NCBI GenBank assembly: GCA_964016885.1
Contig: OZ024743.1
Span: forward strand, 9,672,001 to 9,736,000
DNA: 64,000 nt
Source: Eledone cirrhosa
Taxonomy: Eukaryota
Reading direction: 5' to 3'
A program made the position numbers and the translations under genes. This document shows positions 13,740 through 25,670 of this stretch, piece after piece (position 1 is the stretch's first letter; every line of letters begins with the position of its first letter). The notes below the pieces were generated by a model. The model searched no databases. It was not told where the DNA came from and saw only the letters and a list, made by a program, of their open reading frames with translations.

Positions 13740-15065
13740 ACTGAGTTTAGAGGGTTCAATTTCAAATCCAAGGTGTTCAAAATATTATTTAGAGAACTCC
13801 TGTATGCAGACGAGGTTGACTTTCTGGCTCACGCTCAAGATGACATGCAACACATCATGGATTGTTTTGCAGCTTCGTGTAATGCCTTTGGCATGAAAAT
13901 TAATCTAAAAAAGACATAAGTAATGTTCACACCATCACCAGGGGAAGCATATATTGAACCAAATATAATGGTGCATGGAACTATATTGAGTGTAGTTGAC
14001 ACTTTTGTTTACCTGGATAGTGCATTATCGAGGGATGGTTCACTGGATACAGAAATACACCCGTGCATTCAGAAGGCCTCTGCAGCCTTCGGAAAACATG
14101 AAAAGAGAGTGTGGGCGGATCATGGTATCGATATCAAGACAAATATTAGTGTTACAAGGCCTGCATTCTGAGTGCTCTGTTTCACTCTTCGGAAACGTGG
14201 ACGGTACATCGTAGACACCTTAATTTGCTTGAATGCTTTAAACAAACGTGTTTAAGACGGATCCTAAATATCAAATCGCAACAAAAAATACCTGACACAC
14301 AAATCCTTATAAATACTGATTGCACGAGCATTGAATCTGCCATCATATTCTCTCAAATGCGTTGGCTAGGCTATGTTGTGCGCATGAATGAGGAAAGACT
14401 CCCAAAGCAACTATTTTACAGTCAATTGCACACTGGGAAACGCCCTCCGCACAAACCAAGAAAAACGATATAAGGATTTCATAAAAACAACCTTAAAGAT
14501 CTACAGTTTGATGTTCAGAATTGGGAAGTGCTTGCTTTAAAGAGAGGTAAATGAAGGAAGGCAGCAGAATGATTGAAGAGAGACGTTTTGACCATGAAAA
14601 CACTTAAACGTCAGCTTCGAAAAAGCCACAGTATGAACAACAATAAGAATATAGAAAGCTGGATTTGTGAGCTGTGTGGTCGTTTACTGCTCTCTAAATC
14701 TGGCTACATCACTCATTTAAAATCACATAAAAAGCCAACAGTATGCAGCTCTATCCCTCCAATACTAGGTGAGACAATATGTGTGGTGTGCAAAAAGATC
14801 TTCAAACCAATCTTTCGTCTTAAAAGGCATATGAAGATACATAAGGTTGACATCCCACAAACAGACCCAATCAATCCAATAGAGGACAGATCTTTTGTCT
14901 GTCACATTTGCTGCAGACCGTGCAAATATAATGCTGAACTTAAAAGCCACCCAAGAGGCCATAAACGGACGTTTGGAGTTGGGGAATGTTGATGGGGGTG
15001 CATAGGGGGAGGGCAATCATCTGCAAAGATGAAGCAATCACCATGTATTTATGTATGTATTTATC
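13740..15065 (+). mobile_element. Degraded RTE-clade LINE 3' part with C-terminal C2H2 zinc fingers
   Basis: ELLYADE, FGMKINLKKT, FVYL.S, KASAAFGK, MRWLGYVVRMNEERLPKQLFY motifs with frameshifts; three CxxC..H..H units; (TATG)-like tail. Confidence 0.85.
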
Positions 15066-17384
15066 TATGTGTGTCAGTTTGTATAAGATAGATGATGCTT
15101 GAAGGTTAATGACCTTGGAGGAAAATTAATCTACTGATGGGGTTTCAACAATAAGGGAATATTTCTTTGTCTCCACATTACAGTATAGACAATTAAAATG
15201 TTCTATCATACTAATTATATTTCATAAAAATATTATAATTTGTTCGTCATTTGTTTTTACTAAATTACTTCTGATTAGATTGCGCATTATATCATATAGC
15301 AAAGTAATCAATTCCCAAGTGGGTTTAGGTCTGTAATTAGTCGGTAGAAATGGCGCTATGAAGTTTATTGGTTGACCTTGTTGATTAAATCTCATAAATA
15401 TTTAATATAGATATATGTTGAGAGAAAGGAATACACAAGACCTCATAAAAAACTATCTCTGTGCAAGGAAAATATGATATTGTGATATACGTGTCTGTTG
15501 TATTTTGCTGAATAAACAATATAATAAAATGCTGTTTAACTTACTTTCAAAACACTTTTAATTTAATTGTAATACTTTACATTCTGCATACAATTCTTAC
15601 TAGCGTCTATTTCCCGTTTGTCCCCTCGACATTACCAAATTAAGTATCAATTTGGTAATGTCAAGGGACCGGTTTAACTGACTACACAACCAAACTTCTC
15701 TTTATGCCTACTCAAATGAAACACGAAAATATATAAATTGCACTGAAAAGAAATATATTCCCAATTTTTATGTCTGTTTATACATATTCCCATACAATTT
15801 AATAATAATGTCATTCGGTGATAATTTTAAATTGAAATCTTGGTAATGCCAAAATATACAGGATGCTTAAGAATCTTGCCATTAACCTTACTTATGCAGA
15901 TTTTATGTTGGCAATATCAAACCATATAGATGCAGTAATAATACAGTATGAAACATTGAGAGACTGCCAATATACTCGAACTTGAATGTAAATAAGGTCA
16001 GAAGGCAATTAAAGGTATGCATTTAGACCACTTAAGAATTATAAAGAAAGGAAACAACGAAAACGTAAATCAAAAATAAAACATTTTTCTGAATTAATTT
16101 CCCTCGATGTAAATCATTATTTTAAATCTAAATGTTTTGTTTCTCGTATGAATTTAGATTTTAGCTTTCCAGCTGAAATAAAAGTAGTAGAAAAGTAACT
16201 AAATAGAATAATTACTCTAAAAATATATAGATTTTCAAATCTCTAAGAGCTTTTCATGGGCGAAATTTTGATGTGGCATCATTGCATTCGTCTGTTTTTA
16301 ACGACTCCAATTCTTTTTCTTATTGAATTTTTATTGCTATTATATACGCAAAAGTACACATACATTCATACATATATATGGCACAGCAGCATACAAAGCC
16401 TCGCTCTTCTGTCTGAACACAGGGAAGTTTTGAAATGTTTGTAATAATCGATTGAATTGAAACCAGAATACAACTGTAATATAGGTTTTCGTCTTAGAGA
16501 TGCAAAATATGTTCAATGTTTAATGGTGTCTGTATGGCAGGTGTATATATGTATGTAAGCAATATCCTCAGTAACTTCTAGATTTTAAAGGGGAAAATGA
16601 GATGAGTAAATAAATATATATCAAGACAACTAAATACGGAATCTTAAAAGAGGTGAAAATGGTTGTAGAAAAACACCATACATACACACATACGCATTGA
16701 TATTAATTGTAATATTTTGAATAGTAATGTTGGTGAATTACTAAAAATTAGATATCTCCATTTTTGCATTTGTTAGTGCCATATTCTTGGCAATAACGTC
16801 CATCAATTTCTCTCCGAGAAATCCTTAATCGGTGATTACTGGAAAACTATGTTATAAATTGCAAATTTTATCTGCTATCCTATCACTTTTCATTATTATG
16901 GTACACTATATAATATTGGGCATATCAAGGGTTTCAATCTCGAGCAAGCTGGTTTGTATTCTATTGTGAATATTGAGAAATTATGTCCCAATGAAATAGA
17001 ATAAACTCTTGATAGACTATATATAACCAAATATTTAATAACCTAGTATTGTTTATATGTCCCTATACACATTCAAATAAATACATTAATCGAAATAAAT
17101 AGAAATACACGTACTTAAATATATGTCATCGTTGATATAAATAAGATTTCAATAACATTTTACACATTGCATTTTTACAGTTACATATATATATATATTA
17201 CCTTTTAACAATATCATTCCAGTAATGTAACAACTGTTTATGCAGCTGAGATATATATGACCAATGTATATAGTTACATATTCTATAAGTGGACATGACC
17301 CAAGCTGAATGAACTATAATAGATTAAGGACATCTATATGAATATTTATTTATAATTCTGAAGATATTATTTTGTACTGAAGAA

Positions 17385-17598
17385 GGGCGGTGGATTGGAG
17401 TATCGGTAGAGAGTCGGACTTTGCAGCATAGAGTTACGGTCCTTTACGTTCTGAGTTCAAATCCCGTCGAGGTTAACTTTGCCTTTCATCCTTACGGGGT
17501 CGATAAAATAAAACACCAGTAATGTACTGGAGTCGATTTAATCGACTTTATCCTCCAACCAAATTACTGGCCTTGTGCCTATACTAGAAATCATTATT
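17385..17598 (+). mobile_element. Full-length tRNA-derived SINE with target-site duplication
   Basis: Same family as 2664. attattttgtactgaag occurs at 17366-17382 and 17593-17609. Confidence 0.9.
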
Positions 17599-17899
17599 TT
17601 GTACTGAAGTAATCAACAGCAATATCTTATATTTACTAATGAATTGTTTAGGTATTGATCTATATATCTATCTCTCTTTCTGCCTGACGCGTGGAACATC
17701 GCCGGTAAGATTTTTTGTAAATTTATATACGAAAAACAGAACAAATTGTTTGAAAAAACATATTATATTGTAGATTAACCCCCAAGCTGAATTGTCAGCT
17801 GGGTGGTAATCCCATTTTTCGCCCCTTTCGAAATTGCTTTAAAATATCAAATATCGAAATTGTTCTAAAATATCAAATTTTGCCAACTATAAAACATAA

Positions 17900-19765
17900 A
17901 TAACACGAAGGGAACGCTGGAGAACGTCAATAGAGAAAAGAGAGAGAAAGAGGCAGATTTTAACGTTATATCTGCTTCTGCTACTATGGACGTCGCCATA
18001 GATACGACTGTCAACAAAGGGAAACAAATATTGCCACCGTCGAAGAAGAAAAAAAAAATGAAAACACAGGAATTAAACCCATTAAAATACATACACATGA
18101 AAAAAACAACATGAACAACTCCACAGATACATCTAAACATAAAGTTTCACCTCGTCAAGGAACTGAGATTTCCAACACTGAGGCTAACAACGATAACAAC
18201 AACAATAACAACAACAACAGCAACACCACAAAAAATATCTCTTTCGCTGAAACAGTGAACAAAAAACAAGATTTTATAAATCTTGACATCTCCAATGCAA
18301 GAGATATGCTCCAGCAAGGGAGAAAATTTGTAACTTTCGAAGAAAAGGGTGGGTTTAGAATTAACTCACCCCTTGAAATAAAAGAAGACACAGTTCGAAG
18401 ATCAGTGATCTTTAGGACTGTGTCAAATACCATGCCGATATTTGTTAGCCAAGGAGATATAGAAAATACCTTGAAAGAAATTCTAGCAAATATCAAATTT
18501 CTCCAACGAGGAAAACAGTACGGAAGAGTTTCCGTACTGTTTAAAAGCGAGGCACTCGCCCCAAAACATTCTGTGACACCAATAGTGTCAAAAGCATTTA
18601 CCTTTTTCCCTACATACATGGGAAAAAGGACACACAAAATAAAAATAAAAAATATACCCCCAAACATTAACATCTGGTGGATCTTAGCTGGCTTCGTAGA
18701 GCCAGAAACAGATATGATTCTTTCGATACGAAAGTCTATTCGACAAAGGTGGGCGGGTACTGATTTGGAGATTCTGTTGCAAATGAGGCCGGAGAGAATC
18801 TCCAAAATACCCGAAAGAGTCGTCATCGATGATAACAACAAAATAAACATTTCGGTAGAAGGACGAACATTTCATTGCTTTCGCTGTGGTAGCACAGCAC
18901 ACCTAAAAGCCTCTTGTCCTTCACAAACACACCACAACAACATCATTAAAAAAACACTATTACCAACACCAACACCAAAACAACCACCAAAAGTACAACG
19001 ACAGACGAAACGAGCAACCACACTAAAACAAACAGCCACTCAACCAACAACAACAGAAAAAACAGAGACAACACCCCTGAAGAACACAGCCCCACCCATC
19101 CCACACCATCAACACTACCACAAACACACACACCGAAACACCACCACCACACAACGTACCTCTACCCCACTCTCCTGACGATGATTACTCATCGACGGAT
19201 GAAGCTGCTTCTCCTTCTTTAAATGAAGAAGAGGGGGAGCCGCGGAAATCTAAAAAACAAAAAAAAGAGACACCACAAACCCCCAAAACTCCAATCACCA
19301 ACACCAACACACAACCACAGACACAAACAATACCACAGTCAAACATCACCCTACCAGCAAAACCAACACCAACACCACCCCAGACGCAATCACCCACCAT
19401 AAAAAGAAAACTCCCGGACGAACAACAAACTAAAACAACACAACAAAAATACAAACAAAAGAAAACTCCCGGACGAACAACAAACTAAAACAACACAACA
19501 AAAATACAAACAACAATACGCATACATCAACACAAACAACAAGAGTTTGATGGAGGTTATCTCCCAAAACCCCAAGGTGGAGACGGAAGGCAAAACTTTC
19601 GTCAAGGCAGAATTGTCTCCACACCTTAAAATTATAAGGGTTTCTATGGAAACCTATAATGACCTGAAAAATAAATTTTCACAGGACGTGGGCAACCCCT
19701 GCCAGAAACCCATCAACAGTGTCCTGTTAAAATGTCTCCCCACCCCACCCAACACCCCATCCAGC
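17900..19765 (+). pseudogene. ORF1 of copy A (gag-like zinc knuckle), frameshifted
   Basis: CFRCGSTAHLKASC in 18111-19178; ~55-bp tandem duplication near 19401-19512. Confidence 0.8.
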
Positions 19766-19767
19766 GC

Positions 19768-22700
19768 CCGAGTTGGAAGCGTGAATGTGCGTGGCCTAGG
19801 AATGCCCTGGAAACAAGGCCAACCTTTAAACGACCTTAGGTCACACAGTATGGATGTGATAGCCATCACCGAGTCCAGAATCCACAACAGGCAGCAACTA
19901 ACCCCCATCTTCGACGACTTTGAGATCTACGCATCTCTCTGTCAGCCAGGAGGTGGAGGGGGAGTGGCTGTCATGTTTCAGAAGAATCTGGACGTCGAAG
20001 TACAGCAAGTACACTTGGACCCGGAGGGTAGACTGGTAGTCCTAGACGTGAACAGTATTGGAGGTGGAGCATTCAGAATGGTGGCCGTTTATGCCCCGAC
20101 CGGAAAATCGCAATCACAGCCACACTTCTTTAAGCGTCTAGAGTCTTTTCTAGGAACGTCTCGCTCCTTACTTTTAGTGGGGAGCTGGAATGGTATCCTA
20201 GATGCACGATGGGACTATATGGGAGCATACCCCAGTAGAGTGGGGTGCAACAGCCTCAAAACTTTAATCGGCCAATTCCAACTGGCCGAATGGTATCGAC
20301 TGGATTTCCCGACTGCACCACAGTGGACGTGGGCAAACTGCAGTGGGACATCTAGATCGTATTTAGATAGGTTCTTCATTAGAGAAAGGGACATGGAGAT
20401 GTTAAGCTGTCCATGAATGCACATGGTTGCCTATTCAGATCACAAATCAGTCGTCTGCTTAGTCAAACGTGATAGAATACATAGACAAGGATCTGGATAC
20501 TGGAAGCTGAACGTGTCGTTGTCGGCACGTAAAGCTTACAGTGAATGGATAAGTAGACTAGTCAAGCAACAGTTCATGGGGGCCATCATCAACAATAAAT
20601 GGTGGTGATCTCTCAAGAAAGCAATTAGAATAGAATCGATAGGGTTTAGCATAGAGTTAGCTTTAGAAAAAAACAAAATAGAAAGAGAACTAGTAGCCAA
20701 GCAAGAAGAGGTACTTAGAAGTAGAAACGCGGCTAGAGTGTTAGCGTCGAGAACGGCACTGGACCAGTTCTTCGATGCGAAACACGAAGGCTGCGTGGTC
20801 AGAAGCAAAACACGTGCTCTAGGAAACGAAGGAGCGAAAGCTGTCAGCTGGGCCCGAGTGGCGGAGGCAAAAAGTGGCAACAAGTCCACGATTCGGTCTT
20901 TGAAAGACCTAAACGGACGCCTGCTACTTGACTCCAAGCAAATGTGCGCAGTCTTTCAGCAGCACTTTGCGCGACTGTTTTGAGCAGAACGACTGTGAGC
21001 CGAACGGGGCAATGAACTTTAGTTCATACCTCGACGGCCTGCCGCGTCTCACGAACACGGACGCCGAGTTCTGCGAAAGACCGATAAGGGACACTGAGAT
21101 ACGGGACGCTCTGGGCCCTGCGGAAAACGCAAGTCACCCGGTCTAGATGGTCTACCGTATGAGATTTACATAGGCATGCCGGACTTGTTCTCTGGCGTCC
21201 TCGAAGCCGTCTACTGCAATTGGCAGCAGGACGGGAGAATTCCCAGTTCTGCAGGCAAGGGCGTAGTAACGCTGATCAGGAAAGATGAAAACAAGGGGGA
21301 CGAAATTAACAACTTCAGGCCCATAACTCTGCTCAACACATTGTTAAAGATTTTGGCTAAGGTGCTAGCGACGAGGTTGGCGCTTGTGGTCGAGAATCTG
21401 GTAGGGAAAGCGCAAACGTGTGCAATCCCGACCATGTCCATACACGACAACCTCCACCTCATGCGATACATCATAGAGAGGGTGGGTAGTAAACTCGGCT
21501 TCGGTGGGGCTCTGATCAATTTAGATTGTCTAAGGCATTCGATAGGGTCGACCATCGATACTTGGAAGCGGTTCTCAAGGCGGCCGGTTTCGGTCCCGTG
21601 TTCAGAGGCTGGATCGAGGCGATGCACACCAGCATCTGCTCAGGGGTCAAGGTGAACGGCTACCTATCGCAGCCGTTCGCAATCACGCGTTCCATTCGAC
21701 AGAGTGCCCTCTCTCCTCCATTCTCTATGTATTCACTCTAGAGCCACTACTGCGGAAATTGGAGCTGTTGCAGGGCATCCCTCTAGAACTGGGACTGCGC
21801 AAAGCAGCGTCGGCTTAGGCCGACGACGTGACGGTAATGGTGTCGAGCACCTCGGAAATCGGGGTGATCGGCAACTTACTGAAAGAATACGAAACGCTGA
21901 CGGGGGCAAAACTAAACCCGGACAAGTCTGTCGGTTTGCAACTCGGTACGTGGAGAGGCAAACCGATGACGTCCGACAGCGTCGTTGGACGCTGGACGGA
22001 CGGACCGATGAAATTTCTCGGGGTCTGGTTCGGTCCAGACCTCCAGGTGGAGAAAAACTGGAACGGGTGACGGCCAAGGTGTTTGCACTCACCCAGAAGT
22101 GGGCAGAGTGCAAACTGTCCTTGAAAGGTCGAGCGGAGGTGGCGGACACTTTTATAGCGTCCGTCATCTACTACCGCTTGACTGTCGTGCCTTGTCACCG
22201 TGAACACCTCGCCAAGATGGAACGCATGCTCTTCCAGTTTCTGTTGAAGAAGCAGGCTCCGCTTGTGAGGAGATCCGTCTGCTGTCAGCACCCTTCCAAC
22301 GGAGGGCTGGGAATGCCGTGGCTGATGATGCGCAAACATGCTCTGAGGCTGCGGCATCTCCAGGTATTCCTCACCGACCCCCAACCGGTGTGGGAACCGT
22401 TTGTGAGACAGGCTTTCCCACAGCTCGTCTCGCTGACGGAGCTGCAGTTCTGGGTCAAGAAAAGACCGAAAACGATGGGCGCCTGGCACATTGAATGCGC
22501 TCAGGCGCTCACAGTCCTCTGGCAAGCGGGCGCAGCAATCAGTGGAGACTCCACTTCGAAATTCTATAGAGGGATTGTACATTACAAGGGCGACGACGTG
22601 CTCGGAGAGACTCTGGGCGTCGCAGACGATGAGCCCACCAGTCTGTTTGGTAGGAATTTCCGCCCGGGACCTATGGACAACTTCCAGAGGTCCCTGGCCT

Positions 22701-23200
22701 GGCAGTGCTACCGAGGAGCTCTACCGGTTCGTGACAAGATCTACATGCACGGACGCCCCGGCACGGATCCTTCCAAGAGGTGGTGTCCAAGATGCGCTCA
22801 GGACATCGAAACAGTCCTGCAAGCAATTGTACACTGCCCGGGCGCAACCGAACTGTGGAACTATGCAGAACAACTGCTGTCGCGTATGGGACAAATCCAG
22901 TTGACTGCCGAGTCCATAGTAAGGATCAAACCGCCAGCCTCTTTCAAAAACGAAAGAGAGGTGGTTTTCCTCTGTACGGTGGCTAAGGTGAAAGAAGTTA
23001 TATGGTGGACGAGGTTGAGAGGACTGAGGAGAGATGCCTTTCTCTCCGGACAACAATTGATTCCCTTCTTTAAGTATCACTTTAGAAGGAGAATCAGAGA
23101 GGAGAGAGGGGCACTGCACTGCAGTAAATTTACTGAAAGGTGGGTGAATGAAGCGAAAATGGCCCGAGTGATTGGGCCTTCTCTGTTTATAAGCCTGTAG
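19768..23200 (+). pseudogene. ORF2 of copy A (APE endonuclease, RT, Cys-rich), several stops and frameshifts
   Basis: Fragments align with the intact ORF2 at 25671. The YADD codon TAY is mutated to TAG near 21816. Confidence 0.9.
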
Positions 23201-23432
23201 GTTGAAGAAGAGAGCAAAAGGAAGAAAGGTGCACTTGCACAACACGCTCCTGGAGTTGAAGGTTGTTCTATCGACGGGGTATTAAACAACCCACTTGTGG
23301 CGCTTCCCCCTATTGGGGATTTCGATTGTTGTAATTGTTTGTTTTTATATTTGTTACACGACTGTATGTAAAATCCCCGGCATGTCTTTGTATTGTCTCC
23401 TTTTCTTGAGCGCCCTTGTGGCAAATAAAGAA

Positions 23433-23433
<1 letters not shown>

Positions 23434-23523
<90 letters not shown>
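23434..23523. repeat. (TCTA)n, about 22 units, between LINE copies A and B
   Basis: Directly visible. Confidence 0.98.
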
Positions 23524-23948
23524 ATTAATCTAGCTGTCGTCTGTTCTACAGTGTGGATGTCATTCACTTCGCACAGAAGTTTTGTTCAAATTTATTGAGG
23601 AAATTTTGTGAGTTCAAACTTAATTTTGATACAATTGTGTAGCTTGACCCTCCGTCTGAACTGTCAGGCGGTGGGTCAGCTCATCTTTACCCCTCCTAGA
23701 GGTGAAAAACCTGTTTTAAAAAAAAATGTTGTGTAAAAAATTTCAATCGTCTAACAGAAATGTTAAACGCAGCGAACGAAAATAGTGGTGGGGGACAGCG
23801 GTAAGAGTTGTAAGCTCGCACGCTTTAGTCCTCCCTTCCTTCCCAACTAACGTCATAGAGAAGGAAGGAAAAATGAAAATAAAAACGGACGAATCTGCGG
23901 AGAAAAAAATTAAATGACGAAAACAACGAAAAAAAAAAATTTGAAAAA

Positions 23949-25637
23949 TTGCATGACAATACTAATAACACAAACAAAGACACAACAAACAAAAAAATAA
24001 CAGTTGAAAATAACATCATATCAGAAAACAAAGCAGACGACAAGATTTCATTTGCACAGAAAACAAAGAAATCTTTGACTTATATAGCGGAAAACATTTC
24101 AGATGTGGTACGAAGGATCACGGACGCAAAACAATACATAAGTGAAGGTGAGAATGGTATTTTATTGGTAAAAATGCCTCAAGAATTCACGAAAGACATT
24201 GAAAGCCGAACGGTCAAGTTTCGGACCATCAACAACAGTACAAAAAAACCTGAACAGCCTTCTCAAGCAGATATCAAAACAGTACTCGCAGAAGTACTGA
24301 ATGAAACAACTTTCATAAGAAAAGACAGACTGTATGGAAGCCTAGCAATTATCATGAAGAACGAATCGGCGGCAAAAAAATGTGCTTTGTCACCGATTCG
24401 TTCGAAAAATTTCACCTTTTATCCATCTTATATGGGAAAAAAAACTCAACGCATATGGCTGGATGCAATGATGCCAGATGTGGACTACTGCTGGCTCATA
24501 GCTGGCTTCATCGATCCAGTGAATGACAACGTGATTTCCATTGGGAAAACCACAGGCAATGCGTTCAGTGGAACAGGTATAGAGCTGGTAGTACAAATGA
24601 AGCCTGAACGCATCGCCCAAATACCCGACAGAATCCTATTAGAGGACCACGGATATATAAACATTAGCGTGGAGGGGAGAAGGCCGTCCTGCCATATCTG
24701 TGCAGGCAGAGGGCACCTGAAGGCCGCTTGTCCCCAACTCAACAAAAAGAAAACCCTGCTACCAACACCAGCTCCACCACCACCACCACAACAGATAAAC
24801 AAACAACAAAACTCAGTCCCACCCAACCCGTCCCCCAGTAACACCACAACACCACCACAACACAAACAGTCACAACACATTACCCCAAAACAAAATACAG
24901 GCCCACCCAACCTCTCACTCAATAAAACAACACAACCACCGCAGACACAACACACAACACAGTCTAACATAGTGACATCCATCTCCCCCACAAAGAAAAC
25001 CAACACGGAAACATTACCAGCAAACATACCTCTTCCCTCCAACACTGAAGATAACCCAACGAATTCGGAGGAAGAAACGGAGTCCTTCAGACAGATTAAA
25101 AGGAAAAAAAGAAAACATGTGCAAAACACACAAGGACAAACAACCCCCACCCAAATCGCAACACAATCTAACAAAACAGAAAACACCCCTCCAGCAACAA
25201 ACAAAACCAAACCTGCCCCTCCCCTCTTCGAAACACTCACACCATCGGAAAAAAAGACATTACACTATACTTACATCAACAGAAACAATAATAAATTAAA
25301 TGAACTCATATACAATAATCCTTCGGTACAAACCGAAGGTGTAAACTTTGTTTCATCAGAAAACCACCCACATTTAAAACTAATAAAAATCCCAATGAAC
25401 CTCTACCAAAAACTAAAAAAGGATTTTAAGGAGGACGTAGGACCACCCTCTGTCAAACCCATAAACCGCGTCCTACTAAAAAGCTTTCCCCCACCCCTTC
25501 CCCTCCCCAACACAACTCCAAACACCCCAACCCCACCACACACCGACGACCCCACACCACCACAAGACACCCCTTCACCCAACACCCCCGACCCCATGGA
25601 AGTCGTGCAACCCGAACCCCGGGAAGCGGAAAGGTAG
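23949..25637 (+). CDS. LINE ORF1 protein with CCHC zinc knuckle and Pro/Thr-rich tail (start codon uncertain)
   Basis: VEGRRPSCHICAGRGHLKAACP; homologous to ORF1 of copies A and C. Confidence 0.85.
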   Translation: MHDNTNNTNKDTTNKKITVENNIISENKADDKISFAQKTKKSLTYIAENISDVVRRITDAKQYISEGENGILLVKMPQEFTKDIESRTVKFRTINNSTKKPEQPSQADIKTVLAEVLNETTFIRKDRLYGSLAIIMKNESAAKKCALSPIRSKNFTFYPSYMGKKTQRIWLDAMMPDVDYCWLIAGFIDPVNDNVISIGKTTGNAFSGTGIELVVQMKPERIAQIPDRILLEDHGYINISVEGRRPSCHICAGRGHLKAACPQLNKKKTLLPTPAPPPPPQQINKQQNSVPPNPSPSNTTTPPQHKQSQHITPKQNTGPPNLSLNKTTQPPQTQHTTQSNIVTSISPTKKTNTETLPANIPLPSNTEDNPTNSEEETESFRQIKRKKRKHVQNTQGQTTPTQIATQSNKTENTPPATNKTKPAPPLFETLTPSEKKTLHYTYINRNNNKLNELIYNNPSVQTEGVNFVSSENHPHLKLIKIPMNLYQKLKKDFKEDVGPPSVKPINRVLLKSFPPPLPLPNTTPNTPTPPHTDDPTPPQDTPSPNTPDPMEVVQPEPREAER

Positions 25638-25670
25638 GTCTCTACACTCTCCTTTGGCTCTGCCGCCCAC

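Larger units (their letters stand above)
17676..23433 (+). mobile_element. Tx1/L1-clade LINE, copy A (family 1, decayed)
   Basis: ORF1 with CCHC knuckle and a broken APE-RT ORF2, ending AATAAAGAAA then (TCTA)n. Closely similar to copy C. Confidence 0.93.
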
